Positions 12,939-26,879 of a DNA stretch of 64,000 bases are shown here, in pieces. This DNA comes from Eledone cirrhosa. Its lineage: Eukaryota. Within the stretch, counting starts at the first letter, position 1. Each line of letters begins with the position of its first letter. Location: the NCBI GenBank assembly GCA_964016885.1, contig OZ024742.1, forward strand, positions 45,818,001 to 45,882,000, in the 5' to 3' direction. The notes beneath the pieces were generated by a model. The model saw only the letters and a list, made by a program, of their open reading frames with translations. It searched no databases and was not told the DNA's origin. The translations under genes and the position numbers were made by a program.

Positions 12939-13316
12939 CCTGTACGTCCTGAAAATAGAAATTATGTCTACTCAAGCCAATAATATAGACACACAAAGCG
13001 CAAATGATTTCACTTGATCACTGCTATACACTCCTTGTGTTATAAAAAGTTCACAGTATATATACATAAATATACGATTAATATTCATGTCCTCATATAT
13101 ACGATTACCGTTCATGTATTTAATATTATGCATATCTGCAACATACATCACATATACACACACAGACATATATACACATACATATGTATAAATAAATATC
13201 TGCGTGAGTCCTCCAGCATCGCTCATGTATATATACAGACATATATACAAACACATAAATAGACCCTATAACACTTTTATATGCATGTTAATACACACAT
13301 ATGGCATGTATATATA

Positions 13317-14265
13317 TCAGCAGTGGGGGAGGATGCTCTGAAAGTACAGTAGCTAGAGTCAGAACTGGATGGAAAAAGTTCAGAGAGCTTATACCACTAT
13401 TAGCCGCTAAAGGGTTCTCCCTAAAAATGAAAGGCAGGCTGTATGATGCCTGCATACGAATAGCAATGTTGCATGGCAGTGAGACCTGGGCATTGTGTGC
13501 AGAGGATATATGTAGACTAGAGAGGAACGAAGCTTGCATGCTCCGCTGGATGTGTAATAGTAATATACGCGAACGGCAAAGCATAAACGAACTAAGGGAA
13601 AAATTAGAAATAAGAGGGATCAGATGTTGTTTACTTGAGAGAAGGCTACGTTGGTATGGTCACGTAATGCGCATGAAAGACGACAGCTGTATAAAAAAAG
13701 TGCAGAGCAATAAAGATAGACGGTAGCCACGGAGTAGGCAGACCCAGAAAAACCTGGGACGACCTGATAAACTCCGACCTCACACACTTACACCTCTCCA
13801 AGACAATGTCACTGGACCGAGATCTTTGGCGGCACTCAGTAATAGAGAAGACCCGCCTTACCTAAATACAAAGTAAAACCTACTACAGTCAGTAGGCATC
13901 TCTAACAAAATACACCCCCGTCCCACCACCCCCACCCCATCCACACCGGCCCTTTCAATGTAAAGTTATGTTGGTGCCACAACATCCAGGCCGAAACAAA
14001 TGAGATCGTGTAGGTGTCACGACAAAAAAACACACAGTCCACGCTGTAATGTGGCCGTGTAGGCAACACGGTAAAAACCTCCCAGACCCACACTGTAAAT
14101 GTGGTTGGTGTTAGGAAGGGCATCCAGCTGTAGAAAACCCGCCAGACAGTCCTATGCGAGCAAGACAACCACTCTTGCCTCAAGTGGGAAAACTCCCGTC
14201 CAAACCCATGCAAGCGTGGAACATGGACGTTAAACGATGATGATGATGATGATGATGATGATGAT
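13317..14265 (+). mobile_element. 5'-truncated RTE LINE, same subfamily as 11952-12938
   Basis: ORF 13301-13726 (ARVRTGWKKFREL..HGSETW..RRLRWYGHV); (GAT)n tail runs into (TA)n. Confidence 0.95.
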
Positions 14266-14511
<246 letters not shown>

Positions 14512-15299
14512 ATATTTGCTCTATGGGTTTATATATATATTTTTATATATATATATATACAATCCTCATTGATCCCTCTTCGGATTTTGGTCTTTGTATT
14601 TTTTTTATTACTATATACATATATATATATAAGTATATAAGTATATATATATATGTATGTGTGTGTGTGTCTGTAATGGTATCTTAAGTTGTTTTCTAGT
14701 TACCATAGAGATAACTAGCTGCATGTTAAATATAATGAATATCTATCATGGGTAGTATGAGTAATTGAATTAAAACTTTTTTTTAAAGAGAGGGAGAGGG
14801 TGAGTATGAGAGATCAGATATGGTGACAAGGTCATTACAAAAGAGTAAAACATTTGTTAGCCAGGAAAGTCATCATTTCATTATCAGTTTTACTTTAAAA
14901 CTATGTTTCATTTAATCTTTTCAGTATAGCTGACATTATATTCCATTTATAAACATGGTATGAATGTGGCTAACAACAGACAAAAATTTAGCAGGTGCTA
15001 TTATTCATTTCTGACTTAGTCACAGGGTCACAAATTTTGATGGCAAGGTTTAGTATGTCATTAATTATATCGACCTTGATACTTGACTAGTTTTATTTTA
15101 GCTTTGGAAGTATGATGGTATAAGCCATCTTGACTGAATTTGAAGTCAGAATATAAAGAGGAAGAACTAAATATAATTTTGTCATCAACCACTCTTATTG
15201 GTGCTAAACATTCTGAGTTCAAATCACAATAGAATTCACTCCAATTACTTGGAGTGATATCATTGATTGTTTCCTTCTCCCAATATAAGTGCCTATATC

Positions 15300-16890
15300 G
15301 TTACATCAACCAATCACTGAGCCTCTCTATAGTTAGCCCAACCAATTACTGATCCTCTATGTAGTTACATGAACCAATCACTGAGCCTCTATGTAGTTAC
15401 ATGAATCTATCACTGAGCCTCCATGTAGTTACATTAACCAATCACTGAGCCTCTCTATAGTTACATGAACCAATCCCTGAGCTCTCTATTGTTACAGGAA
15501 CCAATCACTGAGCCTCTCTATAGTTACATGAACCAATCCCTGAGCCTCTCTATAGTTACCTGAACCAATCACTGAGCCTCTCTATAGTTACATGAACCAA
15601 TCCCTGGGCCTCTCTATAGTTACCTGAACCAATCCCTGAGTCTCTCTATAGTTACCTGAACCAATCCCTGAGCCTCTCTATAGTTACCTGAACCAATCAC
15701 TGAGCCTCTCTATAGTTACATGAACCAATCCCTGAGCCTCTCTATAGTTACATGAACCAATCCCTCGGCCTCTCTATAGTTACATGAACCAATCCCTGAG
15801 TCTCTCTATAGTTACATGAACCAATCCCTGATCCTCTCTATAGTTACATGAACCAATCCCTGAGTCTCTCTATAGTTACATGAACCAATCCCTGAGCCTC
15901 TCTATAGTTACATGAACCAATCCCTGAGCCTCTCTATAGTTACATGAACCAATCCCTGATCCTCTCTATAGTTACATGAACCAATCCCTGACCCTCTCTA
16001 TAGTTACATGAACCAATCCCTGATCCTCTCTATAGTTACATGAACCAATCCCTGGGCCTCTCTATAGTTACCTGAACCAATCCCTGAGCCTCTCTATAGT
16101 TACCTGAACCAATCCCTGATCCTCTCTGTAGTTACATGAACCAATCCCTGGGCCTCTCTATAGTTACATGAACCAATCCCTGAGCCTCTCTATAGTTACC
16201 TGAACCAATCCCTGAGTCTCTCTATAGTTACCTGAACCAATCACTGAGCCTCTCTATAGTTACATGAACCAATCCCTGAGCCTCTCTATAGTTACATGAA
16301 CCAATCCCTGGGCCTCTCTATAGTTACCTGAACCAATCCCTGAGCCTCTCTATAGTTACATGAACCAATCCCTGGGCCTCTCTATAGTTACATGAACCAA
16401 TCCCTGATCCTCTCTATAGTTACATGAACCAATCCCTGAGCCTCTCTATAGTTACATGAACCAATCCCTGATCCTCTCTATAGTTACAAGAACCAATCCC
16501 TGAGCCTCTCTATAGTTACATGAACCAATCCCTGGGCCTCTCTATAGTTACATGAACCAATCCCTGATCCTCTCTATAGTTACAAGAACCAATCCCTGAG
16601 CCTCTCTATAGTTACCTGAACCAATCCCTGGGCCTCTCTATAGTTACATGAACCAATCCCTGAGCCTCTCTATAGTTACAAGAACCAATCCCTGAGCCTC
16701 TCTATAGTTACATGAACCAATCCCTGATCCTCTCTATAGTTACCTGAACCAATCTCTGAGCCACTCTATAGTTGCCTGAACCAGTTATTGAGCCACTATG
16801 TAGTTATCCCAACCAATCACTGAGCCTTTCTATAGTTACCTGATCCAATCCCTGAGCTTTTCTATAGTTACATGAACCAATCACAGAGCC
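15300..16890. repeat. 32-bp minisatellite, about 50 copies (GTTACATGAACCAATCCCTGAGCCTCTCTATA)
   Basis: Period of 32; homogeneous centre and degenerate edges. Confidence 0.98.
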
Positions 16891-17418
16891 ATCAATAGTG
16901 ATAACAGAAATCAATATCTAACACTATGGTCTTAAACGAAGCATCTAAATTACCTTTCTAAATTACTGCATTACCAGAGATACTTATTCTTTAGCTAAAC
17001 TTATAAGGTCAGAACAAAATGTTATATATCAATTATAGATAGACATCTGCAGTAATTTTCTCTATCTTGCCTATGTAATTGTTTTCTAAACTTGATTTAA
17101 TATAAATTTCTGTATTAAATATTAACTGTGTAATGCAGCTTTATGCTATGTGGTTTATTCAGGTGATAAACGCCGAAAGATACAATTACTGATGATTCTG
17201 ATCTGATCCAACGCCAGTTAGAATTGCTTTTAGTAACATTGCTAATACCGCTGGGAAAAGGATGAAGGTCATGGTTTACTTTTCTTCTCTTATTTATAAT
17301 ATAAAACATTATGCTTAAGTTTTTACTTTAAGGAGATCATGTTCATTATTTGGTATGATAAATTATTAAAACCTCATGTTGGGAAATAATCAACGAAACA
17401 GATGGATGGCTACATTAA

Positions 17419-17635
17419 CCCTTTAGCATTTAATTACTCTATATATACTATTGTATTTTCATGGTAAAGGCTTTACCTTACATAATATTTCACATAATAT
17501 CGAATCTATGAGATTTTGATATTATTTATTTTGAGAACAATACCTTAATATCGGTATTAGTGGTAAGTTACAGTCGGTTTGAACAGAAAGAGGTGAGAGA
17601 ATTCTGGCCGGTTTAAATGCTAAAGTATGAAGGTT
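17419..17635 (-). mobile_element. piggyBac-like MITE family 1
   Basis: TTAA-CCCTTTAGCATTTA..TAAATGCTAAAG; reverse-oriented copy of 56771-56975 and 59453-59660. Confidence 0.75.
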
Positions 17636-17684
17636 AGGAAACACCCAGAACATAACAAATTAATAATAATAATAATAATGATGA

Positions 17685-17895
17685 TTTCTGATTTAGGCAC
17701 AAGGCCAGCAAATTTGGGGGAGGAGAAAGTCGATGAAATCGATCCCAGTGCGTGGCTGGTATTTTATTTTATTGACCCCATAAGGATGAAAGGCAAAGTT
17801 AACCTCAGCGGGATTTGAACTCAGAATATAAAAGGACATAACTCTTTGCCACAAAAGCATATTGTCTGATGCTCTACTGATACTACCAATCCACC
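17685..17895 (-). mobile_element. tRNA-derived SINE with a Meta-domain-like core
   Basis: Reverse complement of GAGTTCAAATCCCGC..TTTGCCTTTCATCCTT..GGGGTCAATAAAATAAAATACCAG. Confidence 0.8.
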
Positions 17896-18719
17896 AATAA
17901 TAATAATGTTTTACTTCTGATATTCAATGCCTTCTGATATTCAATGCCTGCATGGGTTGAACAGGTCCTCTTCAACACAACATCTCACCACTTATTGTTA
18001 TCTCATTTGTGAAGTTCAACCTTCTGAGTTCAGCCATCGCTACTTCAGGTTATGTCTTACTTGGTCTTCCTATTCCATAGTTTCCAGCAAGAAAATAAGC
18101 AATTGCTGAAAAAACACAGTTTATTTGATTGTCTATAATTCTGACTGTGTTTGCATATAAGTACCATAATCACGAGTTTATATTTGAACTAAGAGGGAAA
18201 TAATATCTATTTCTCTTGTACAAAGAGGGATATAGTTCACTAAATCAACTTCTGAGATTTATTAGAACATGTTTTTACTGATCCTTGAAATGTTATTTTC
18301 ACAAGTTAAAACAGTTAACAAAATAACTAGATTTATGGTGGATAGTATCATCATAGAAGACAATACCACTCCATTAAATACATTTAAAAAAATCATATTT
18401 AAAGTATATTTTGAAGAGGATTCGACAAGAGAGCCTTTATTTGGTTGCTCAACTAGCTAGATATAACAACCAAACTTCCCTAAGATCCCAGTCTATCACC
18501 TTAAAAAGGAGAAGGAAAAACTAGTCAGTAATACAAATAGATGGACTGGTCATGGCTGGAATACTTTTGATTATAGGTCAGCTCAATTTGTGTTGCCCCG
18601 AGATTAAACATCAACAATATATATTAGTATTAAAGATGTATATAAAGTTATATAAACATATAGGTCGTTTTAGGAGTGTTAGAAACAAAAGGTATTGGAT
18701 ATGTGTAAAGAAGCATACT

Positions 18720-18930
18720 AAATACCTTTTATTTCTAACCATATACCCAATACCTTTTGCTTCTAACTACATACTCACTACCTTTTACTTCTAAAGATAT
18801 ACCCACTACTTTTTGCTTCAAACCACATACTACCTTTGACTTCTATCCACATACCCTCTACCTTTTTCTTCTAACCACATACCCCCTACCTTTTTCTTCT
18901 AACCACATACCCAGTGAATGCTACCTTTTC
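18720..18930. repeat. Degenerate tandem repeat of about 28 bp (TACCTTTT..TTCTAACCACATACC)
   Basis: The motif recurs about 7 times. Confidence 0.7.
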
Positions 18931-19152
18931 CCTGTAACATTCTCCAGCAATGTTAGAAGTTTCATTAAACTGACAGCAATGCTGTCGTATGATTCATGAC
19001 ATGTTGAATAAAGTGGAATACTTTGCAAATGTAATTCAACCTTACTGCATAATCTATTACTGAATTGTCTGAAAACACTTGTATGACTTTCTCACATATA
19101 AAATAACGAACATATTAGACACATAATTTCTTTTTTTCTTTTATACAACATT

Positions 19153-19380
19153 TTAGTCCTTTTGATACCAGTCCACCCAAAACCACACCTGGTTCAATGA
19201 ATAAAAACCTCCCATTTTAAAGGGTTTATATTTAAAGTAAAACTTTCTAACATAATTATATATAAAAATACCATCTTAACAATGAATAATTTTAATAAAT
19301 CCCTCCAAATTCTCCATTAATTAATTAATTAATTAAAATACAGTATATTTCATGAGAAATGTGGTAATGAAAGATTTAAA
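19153..19380 (+). mobile_element. piggyBac-like MITE family 2, decayed
   Basis: Collinear with 41524-41740 and 58041-58280 (CCTTTTGATACCA..CCCATTTTAAAGGGTT). Confidence 0.6.
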
Positions 19381-20984
19381 ATTCATGAGGGCAGTAAGTG
19401 GCAGAAACTATACAATGCTTGACTGAGTGACACAACCCCTTTGCTGCCAAAACCCTCCGAAGTTACCCCTTGTTCTGTGATAACAAAACTGTTTGGTTTA
19501 AAGTGCTTATATTTAGTTTCTGAATTTGTTTAGCAACAATCTTATTGGCAACATGACCCTCCCAAAGTATAACAATATGCTTATATTTATTTTTAAAAAA
19601 ATCTACCTTCATAATTTTATGTAAAAACTTTTGTTAAGTTATGTTCCAAATACCAGCTTAATAATGGGGTTCATTGTATTACTAAATGTATTACTAACTA
19701 TTGTAGTGAATAATGTGAAACACCACTACCATCACCACCATACTGTCACCACATCAACATCACCACTGCCACCATCACATCACCACCACCACCACCACCA
19801 CCACCACCACCACCACTAGACATCAATATTAAAAATTGAAATAAGATCTATTTGAAATACTATTTTAATATTGATTTCCAGTAATCCTATAAGAAAAAAA
19901 AAGAAATTTCCTTGCCTAATTCAAAATTTGAAGTTCTAGTATTAGCAATTGTTTAGCTAAAGGATTTGTCTTATAATTAGTAATTATGTGTTGTTATTAT
20001 TGCAATGATTGCGGTTATCATAAAAATAGACCCATCTTCTTTCATGTAAAAATTATCAACATAAAACAAAATGTAGAAAGTCCATCCTAACCTTTCAACT
20101 CAAGTGGAATATTGTGTAAAGTAACAGGTTAGTCAAGAAGTAAGGTTTATTTACATAAGAGTGACAGTTGGCAGCTGTGACTAACTAATACTGATTAAAT
20201 CCCCAAGTCAAAACAAAACTTGTGCTGATAACCAGTCCAAATTGATCCAAATGGATCAATCCCCCTTTATATGAGAGAAGAATCTAATTGTTACCCTACA
20301 TAATTAATAAATCATATATTTTCTTATTTGTTTAAAATAAATGTGAGGTATCTATTGTTCTCAGAAACAAGCAATACTATTTCTAACTAAAGTTAGCTAA
20401 CAATATTATAAATGGTTAAAAGGTGGTGGGACCACTAGAACTTTGGAAAAATATCTTGTGTTATTTTTCTGGCTCTGTACGTTCTGAGTTCAAATCCTTT
20501 CATGATCAATAAAATAAAATACTAGTGAAGCACTGAAGTCAATGTAATCAACTTTTCCCTTCTTCTAAATAGCTACCCTTGCACCTAAATCAGAGATCAA
20601 TATCAAAATTGATTTTTAATTTCAACTTTTATATTTCTATCTTATAGCTCAGTCTCTATAATATCTCCATTATGTCTTCAAGTGTCATATTTTTACATTT
20701 ATACATTCTTCAGTTATAGATGTGTCTTCATCATCCTTATTTAATATCGAAATGTTGGACAGGTTGTCAATAAACTGGGGATTATATCTAGCTTACATAC
20801 ATTCCTACTCAATACTGTGGGCTCAGATGGGTTGGTGGCTCACAACTGACCTACATATCAACAAACAATCTACCGTGTGTATTTCCTCATGGCACCAGAA
20901 CTAGGGAGGCTGTTATGTGTATGTATTTCAAAATATGGCCCTGAAGAAGAGGGAATATTGATTTAGCATCCTGTAATGATATAG

Positions 20985-21140
20985 TGTGGTAACAATTTAG
21001 TGTAGTGACACTGTAGTGTGGTAACACTCTTGTGTAGCAACACTGTACAGTAGTAACACTGTAGTGTAGTAATACTGAAGTGTGGTAACAATCTTGTGTG
21101 GTTACATTCTTGTGTGGTCACACTGTAGAGTGGTAACACC
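20985..21140. repeat. Degenerate 16-bp tandem repeat (TAGTGTGGTAACACTG)
   Basis: Repeated motif; each unit is a mini-hairpin. Confidence 0.7.
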
Positions 21141-21402
21141 CCAGAACAGTAACCCTCTAGAGTAGTGGATTAACAAAATATTCAGAGAATTGTACAAGAT
21201 ATCTTGTGGTATTTGCTTCTGAGTCTAACTTCTGCCTCTCATCAGACACCTCACAATGTGAGGCTTTTGGGGGCTGGTTAAAGGATAACAGGGTATCAAT
21301 GTCAGATATAATCGTATGTCGATTGGGGCAACATCTTACTTGTATTAAATGGAACCACATCTCAGTTGCAGCAATAAAGATATGAAATTCAGATATATAC
21401 AG

Positions 21403-21744
21403 TAGGGTAAAGACCCCCTTCGATCATGAATGACCATGGGATTTGCACCTAGAAAGTTCCTCCTCCGAAGCACAAGTCTGGGCAAAGTGTGTTTGTGGAA
21501 GACCAGTAGTCACCCATACATACCAGTCTCCCTTCTCCACACCACCGATGTTGTCCAAGGGAAAGGCAATGGCCGATACAACTCAGCACCAGTGACATTG
21601 CAACTCATTTTTACCAGCTGAATGTACTGGAACAACGTGAAATAAGGTGTTTTGCTCAAGGGCACAATGCATCGCCTATTCTGAGAATTGAAGTCACAAC
21701 TGCACGATTGCAAGTTCAACACTAACCGCTACATCATGTGCCTT
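21403..21744 (-). mobile_element. tRNA-derived SINE with a CORE-like domain and a distinct tail
   Basis: Reverse complement gives a tRNA-like head and TGCCCTTGAGCAAAACACCTTATTTCACGTTGTTCCAG. Confidence 0.75.
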
Positions 21745-23904
21745 CACTCCATCCAGATATATATACAATGCAAATATAGGTAGGCTTTGCAATGTATTGG
21801 GGTAAGCACTGAAACACTTCAGTTGGAGTCACAACTCAGCTGCATCAATGTAAAAATATTCAGACCTTGTACTGATGCAGTTTAAACACTAGGACAACAA
21901 ATAAAATAATTGAAGATGTATTGTTTATTATTTAGTAATTACTTACATTCCTGTTTGTAGCTTTAGTGTGAAAATGAAGGCTTTAACATTTTCTAATGAG
22001 AGGTTTATTTTCATATTCAGTTTCATTAAAAAAACAAAATATTGTAACACTTAATTAAAAACTAAAATCTTGAGACTCTCCAGTTTTGACAGTTTAATGT
22101 AAGGATTTAACCTGCACACAATTAAACTGACTGAGTTGGAAACAACAAATTAATTTTGGTTCAAAACTAGAATTAATTAGGCTGTAAAGATTTGTATTAT
22201 AACTGTTAAGACTCTGCTTATTTAGAAAATTGAAATTGTGCTCTGGCCCTTCCTTTGTGTAAACAGGTAAACTGCAGAAAGCTGTCAAGCAGGAGTCATT
22301 CTTATTTGATATTGATCATAAGTATGGGGCGGAAGTTGTGGTATGTGTGTATGTTGGAGGTAGTAGGCAGTAGTTGGCAGAAAGGTTGGTGGCAAGTATT
22401 GAGATGAGAGTTATTTAATTTGAGGGTGGGTGGGGGATCTTTTCTCTATTCTTATCCATGATATCTTGTTTAATTTCTGCAAAGAAAATCCTTAAAAAAA
22501 AATCAATTCAGAATTTTGAAAATACCAATTTTACGCTTTTGACAGGTATTTTTGTAACCTGTAATGATGTGAAATGTTCTTTTTTTTATGTTTTTTATAG
22601 TTTATTGTGGATTGTTAGGGAGAGGTTGAAGGCACAGGCAGGTCTGGAATAACTCCTGATGGATTAAACCTATTGTTTGTACATCATTATTGTTGTTTCT
22701 TTCTGTTGGCCGAGTATGATATATATGTGTTCTAATTATGTTTGGGCATAGTTTTACTTTCTTTTGTAACTCTTTTAAGTGTTCTGTGAACGTTGTGGAG
22801 ATCATGTAAGTATTTTTAATTTCTGTGAGTCTGATACATTTATTTTGTTGAGTGTGACATTTGGTTGTATTAATATTGAAGTAGTGTATGTGTACGTGAC
22901 CAATGGACAAACTACCATTATAATTCTGCAATATACATTAATGAGTCGGCTAGTTATAAGTAATTATGAATCACTACCTCCTTACGGACAACTGACGCTG
23001 CACACTAGGTCTGAACAGAAGAGGACAATGGATTTGGTGGGGACACTTTTAGTTTTCTTTTGTTTTGGGAGTTATGCTTCTCAGTGATTCGTGCAGGCTT
23101 GTGGTTGTTGTAAAGTTGTGTATGGGGAATAATATAGAGATGTTATTGTGATGACATGTATATAAGGTAGTGTGTATATTTATGTAGTAATAGTTGAAAA
23201 AAGTGGCTGAGTGAATAAATATTTATGGTTCTCCATTCAGGAAATTTCAAATTTTGAAATGTAATTTTTGTTCACTATTTGGGTTTGGCAACCTGAAAAA
23301 TGTTTTGTGCTGTCTTTCAAGGAAGTATGGATTATTTTATATATAGGTAGATAGCAGAAAATGTAAGTAAAAGCTCTACTGATGTTGGTGGTTAGAGTGG
23401 GGTTTTTTTTTTTTGGGGGGGGGGGGGCTTTTATGTACCCTCTGAGTTAAATTCTTGAGTAATGTGGGAGTTGAATGTTGTGTTCTGAATCTGCGTCATA
23501 ATTTGGAAAAAGGAATATGAGAGTTAGTGATATCATCATCATCATCATCATCATACTGCAGCCTCAACTGAAAAGTGACAGATTTTCATATAGGTCTGCC
23601 ACTCATTACAAACATTGATACAAGAGTCTCTGGCTATGACATCTGAATAGGAGAAATTGTGACCACTTTGGCTTTTGACAGATTTAGATTTCTGAAGCGC
23701 TAAATGAAACGCAGCTTCATTTGAGGCACAATAACATGATTTATACAAATATCACCCCCCTCTTTCACACAGTATCAGAAATATGAGGAAGACCATCTTA
23801 TGTTGCTTCAGGTGATATCAAATATAAGTGTTTATAACATTTTTGAGGATGTGCACAAGATATTCATCACTGATTGACTTGTATCTACTACTATCAAAAG
23901 GTTG

Positions 23905-24660
23905 AAGACTGTATGGTGCATGCATACGAACAGCAATGTTACATGGTAGTGATACCTGGGCACTGTGTGCAGTGGACCTATGAAGAATGGAAAGAAATGG
24001 AGTTTGCATGCTCCAATGGATATGTAATAGTAATATACGTAAATGGCAAAGCATAAACAAACTGAGAGAGAAACTAATCATAAGAGGAATCAGATGCAGT
24101 GTGCAGGAGAGGAGATTCTGTTTGTATGAACATGTGATGAGTTTGAAGGATGACAGCTGTATAAAAAGGTGCAGAGCGCTCAAAGTTGATGGAAGCCATG
24201 GAGTGGGGGGCAGGAAGACTTGGGATGAGGTAATAAAAGCTGACCTTGCTCAATTGCACCTCTCAAAGATGATGATAGGACTGAGATCTGTGGTGTTATG
24301 CAGTGATACAGAAGACCTGCCTTCCCATGGGCACAGGTTGAAGCTGAAACATACATATAGTATGCACCACCCTCACCTCCATCCCACACTGTAAAGTGGT
24401 TATGATGGTGACACAACAAAAAGCACCCAGCCCACACTGTAAAGTGGTTGTGTAGGTGTCATGACAAAAAGCACTCAGTACTCACTGTAAATGTGGTTGG
24501 CATTAGGAAGGGCATCCAGCTGTAGAAACCAAGTCAAAATCAGTTCTGTATGAGCAAGACAGGATCACCTGACCTGGCATTTCTCACAACAGGACAACTT
24601 GTCTAACCCATGCTAGCGTAAAAAAAAATGGACATTAAATAGTGATGATGATGATGATGT
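23905..24660 (+). mobile_element. RTE LINE 3' fragment
   Basis: ORF 23987-24394 is similar to the C-terminus of the 61515 ORF; 3' UTR and (GAT)n tail present. Confidence 0.9.
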
Positions 24661-24686
24661 TATATATATATATATATATATATATA

Positions 24687-26195
24687 GTCAGCAAGGTTAG
24701 AATTAACAACGAATATAGTGAAGAGTTTAGCGTAAAAGTTGGTGTTCATCAGGGCTCCGTTCTTAGCCCCCTACTATTTATTATTGCCCTTCAGGCTATA
24801 ACAGTGGAGTTCAAGACCGGCTGCCCATGGGAACTCCTATACGCAGATGATCTAACGCTCATAGCTGAATCAATGGCCGAACTAGAGAAGAAATTCCAAA
24901 CATGGAAGCATGGCCTAGAATCAAAAGGCCTTAAAATTAACCTGTCTAAGACTAAAGTTCTAGTTTGTAGGAAGGAAAATAGGGCACCGGTCCCATCCGG
25001 GAAATGGCCATGCTCAGTGTGTAGGAAAGGAGTAGGTAGAAACTCCATTTTATGTCCCAAATGCAAAGTATGGGTGCATAAAAGATGTAGTGAGATCACA
25101 GGTAAGCTAACTAAGAACATAGATTTTACATGTGGCTGGTGCTCTGGTGCAATAAGTAGCAGCAAGTGCCCACAGAATACTAGCTCATTCCATTGCCCAG
25201 ATGGTTCTATAGAAATAGTGGACAGCTTCCATTACCTGGGTGACAAAATCAGCAGTGGTGGAAGGTGCTCTGAAAGTACAGTAGCTAGAGTCAGAACTGG
25301 ATGGAAAAAGTTCAGAGAGCTTATACCACTATTAGCCGCTAAAGGGTTCTCTCTAAAAATGAAAGGCAGGCTGTATGATGCCTGCATACGAACAGCAATG
25401 TTACATGGCAGTGAGACCTGGGCATTGTGTGCAGAGGATATACGCAGACTGGAGAGGAACGAAGCTTGCATGCTCCGCTGGATGTCTAATAGTAATATAC
25501 GTGAATGGCAAAGCATAAACGAACTAAGGGAAAAATTAGAAATAAGAGGGATCAGATGTTGCTTACTCGAGAGAAGGCTACGTTGGTACGGTCACGTGAT
25601 GCGCATGAAAGACGACAGCTGTATAAAAAAGTGCAGGGCAATAAAAATAGACGGTAGCCACGGAGTAGGCAGACCCAGAAAAACCTGAGACGACTTGGTA
25701 AATTCCGACCTCACACACTTACACCTCTCCAAGACAATGTCACTGGACCGAGATCTTTGGCGCTACACAGTAATACAGAAGACCCGCCTTACCTAAGTAC
25801 AAAGTGAAACCTACTACAGTCAGTAGGCACCTCTAACAAAATACACCCCCGTCCCACCACCCCCACCTCATTCACACCACCCCTTTCAATGTAAAGTTAT
25901 GTTGGTACCACAACATCCAGTCCGAAACAAATGAGGTCGTGTAAGTGGTGTCACAACAAAAAAACACAGTCCACGCTGTAATGTGGCCATGTAGGTAACA
26001 CGGTAAAAACCTCCCAGTCCACACTGTAAACGTGGTTGGTGTTAGGAAGGGCATCCAGCCGTAGAAAACCCGCCAGACAGTCCTATGCGAGCAAGACAGC
26101 CACTCTTGCCTCAAGTGGGAAAACTCCCGTCCAAACCCATGCAAGCGTGGAAGATGGACGTTAAACGATGATGATGATGATGATGATGATGATGA
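24687..26195 (+). mobile_element. 5'-truncated RTE LINE (C-terminal half of RT, PHD finger, 3' UTR)
   Basis: GVHQGSVLSPLLF, LLYADD and a C4HC3 finger; premature TGA at 25686; (GAT)n tail; 3' end repeated at 26218-26371. Confidence 0.97.
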
Positions 26196-26371
26196 TATAT
26201 ATAGATATATATATATATAAACGTGGTTGGTGTTAGGAAGGGCATCCAGCCGTAGAAAACCCGCCAGACAGTCCTGAGCAAGACAACCAATCTTGCCTCA
26301 AGTGGGACAATTCCCGTCCAGACCCATGATACCGTGGAAAATGGACGTTAAACGATGATGATGATGATGAT

Positions 26372-26714
26372 AAGAATAAAATAACCAGGCTTAAATTACA
26401 TTAAATTATTTAGTTGATTTACGAATGTTTCTCTCAATACAGTAAGATGTTTCATCATTTTCCTCTGTACTGATTTCTTCAGAATCCATTAAATAATATA
26501 AATAACCATCGATGTCAGATATCTCCAATTTGAAGATGTAAACAAATTTGAAATGTATTTGGAAAGAATGTCTTACCAAATGTATTTTAAATTTGTTTAC
26601 ATTTCGAAGAAATAAGTACAGATGAGAATGATGGAACATCTTACTGTATTGATAGAAATATTCGTAAATCAATTAAATAATTTAATATCATTTAATGCTG
26701 GATATTTTATTCTT
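26372..26714. repeat. Nested fold-back: outer arms of about 110 bp plus an inner hairpin
   Basis: 26372-26484 is mirrored at about 26601-26714; inner hairpin at 26535-26602. Confidence 0.85.
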
Positions 26715-26879
26715 TTATATATGCTCTGTGATATTGTAAAACTACTGTGATTGGAAATTAACTGATTGGATTAAAATCTGAACTGTCATTTACCTATCTT
26801 GCTATGGACTATAATATCACATTTGAGCTTTGAATTATTCTTTGCCTTATATCGTTGTTATCAACTTGTCTGTATATAA

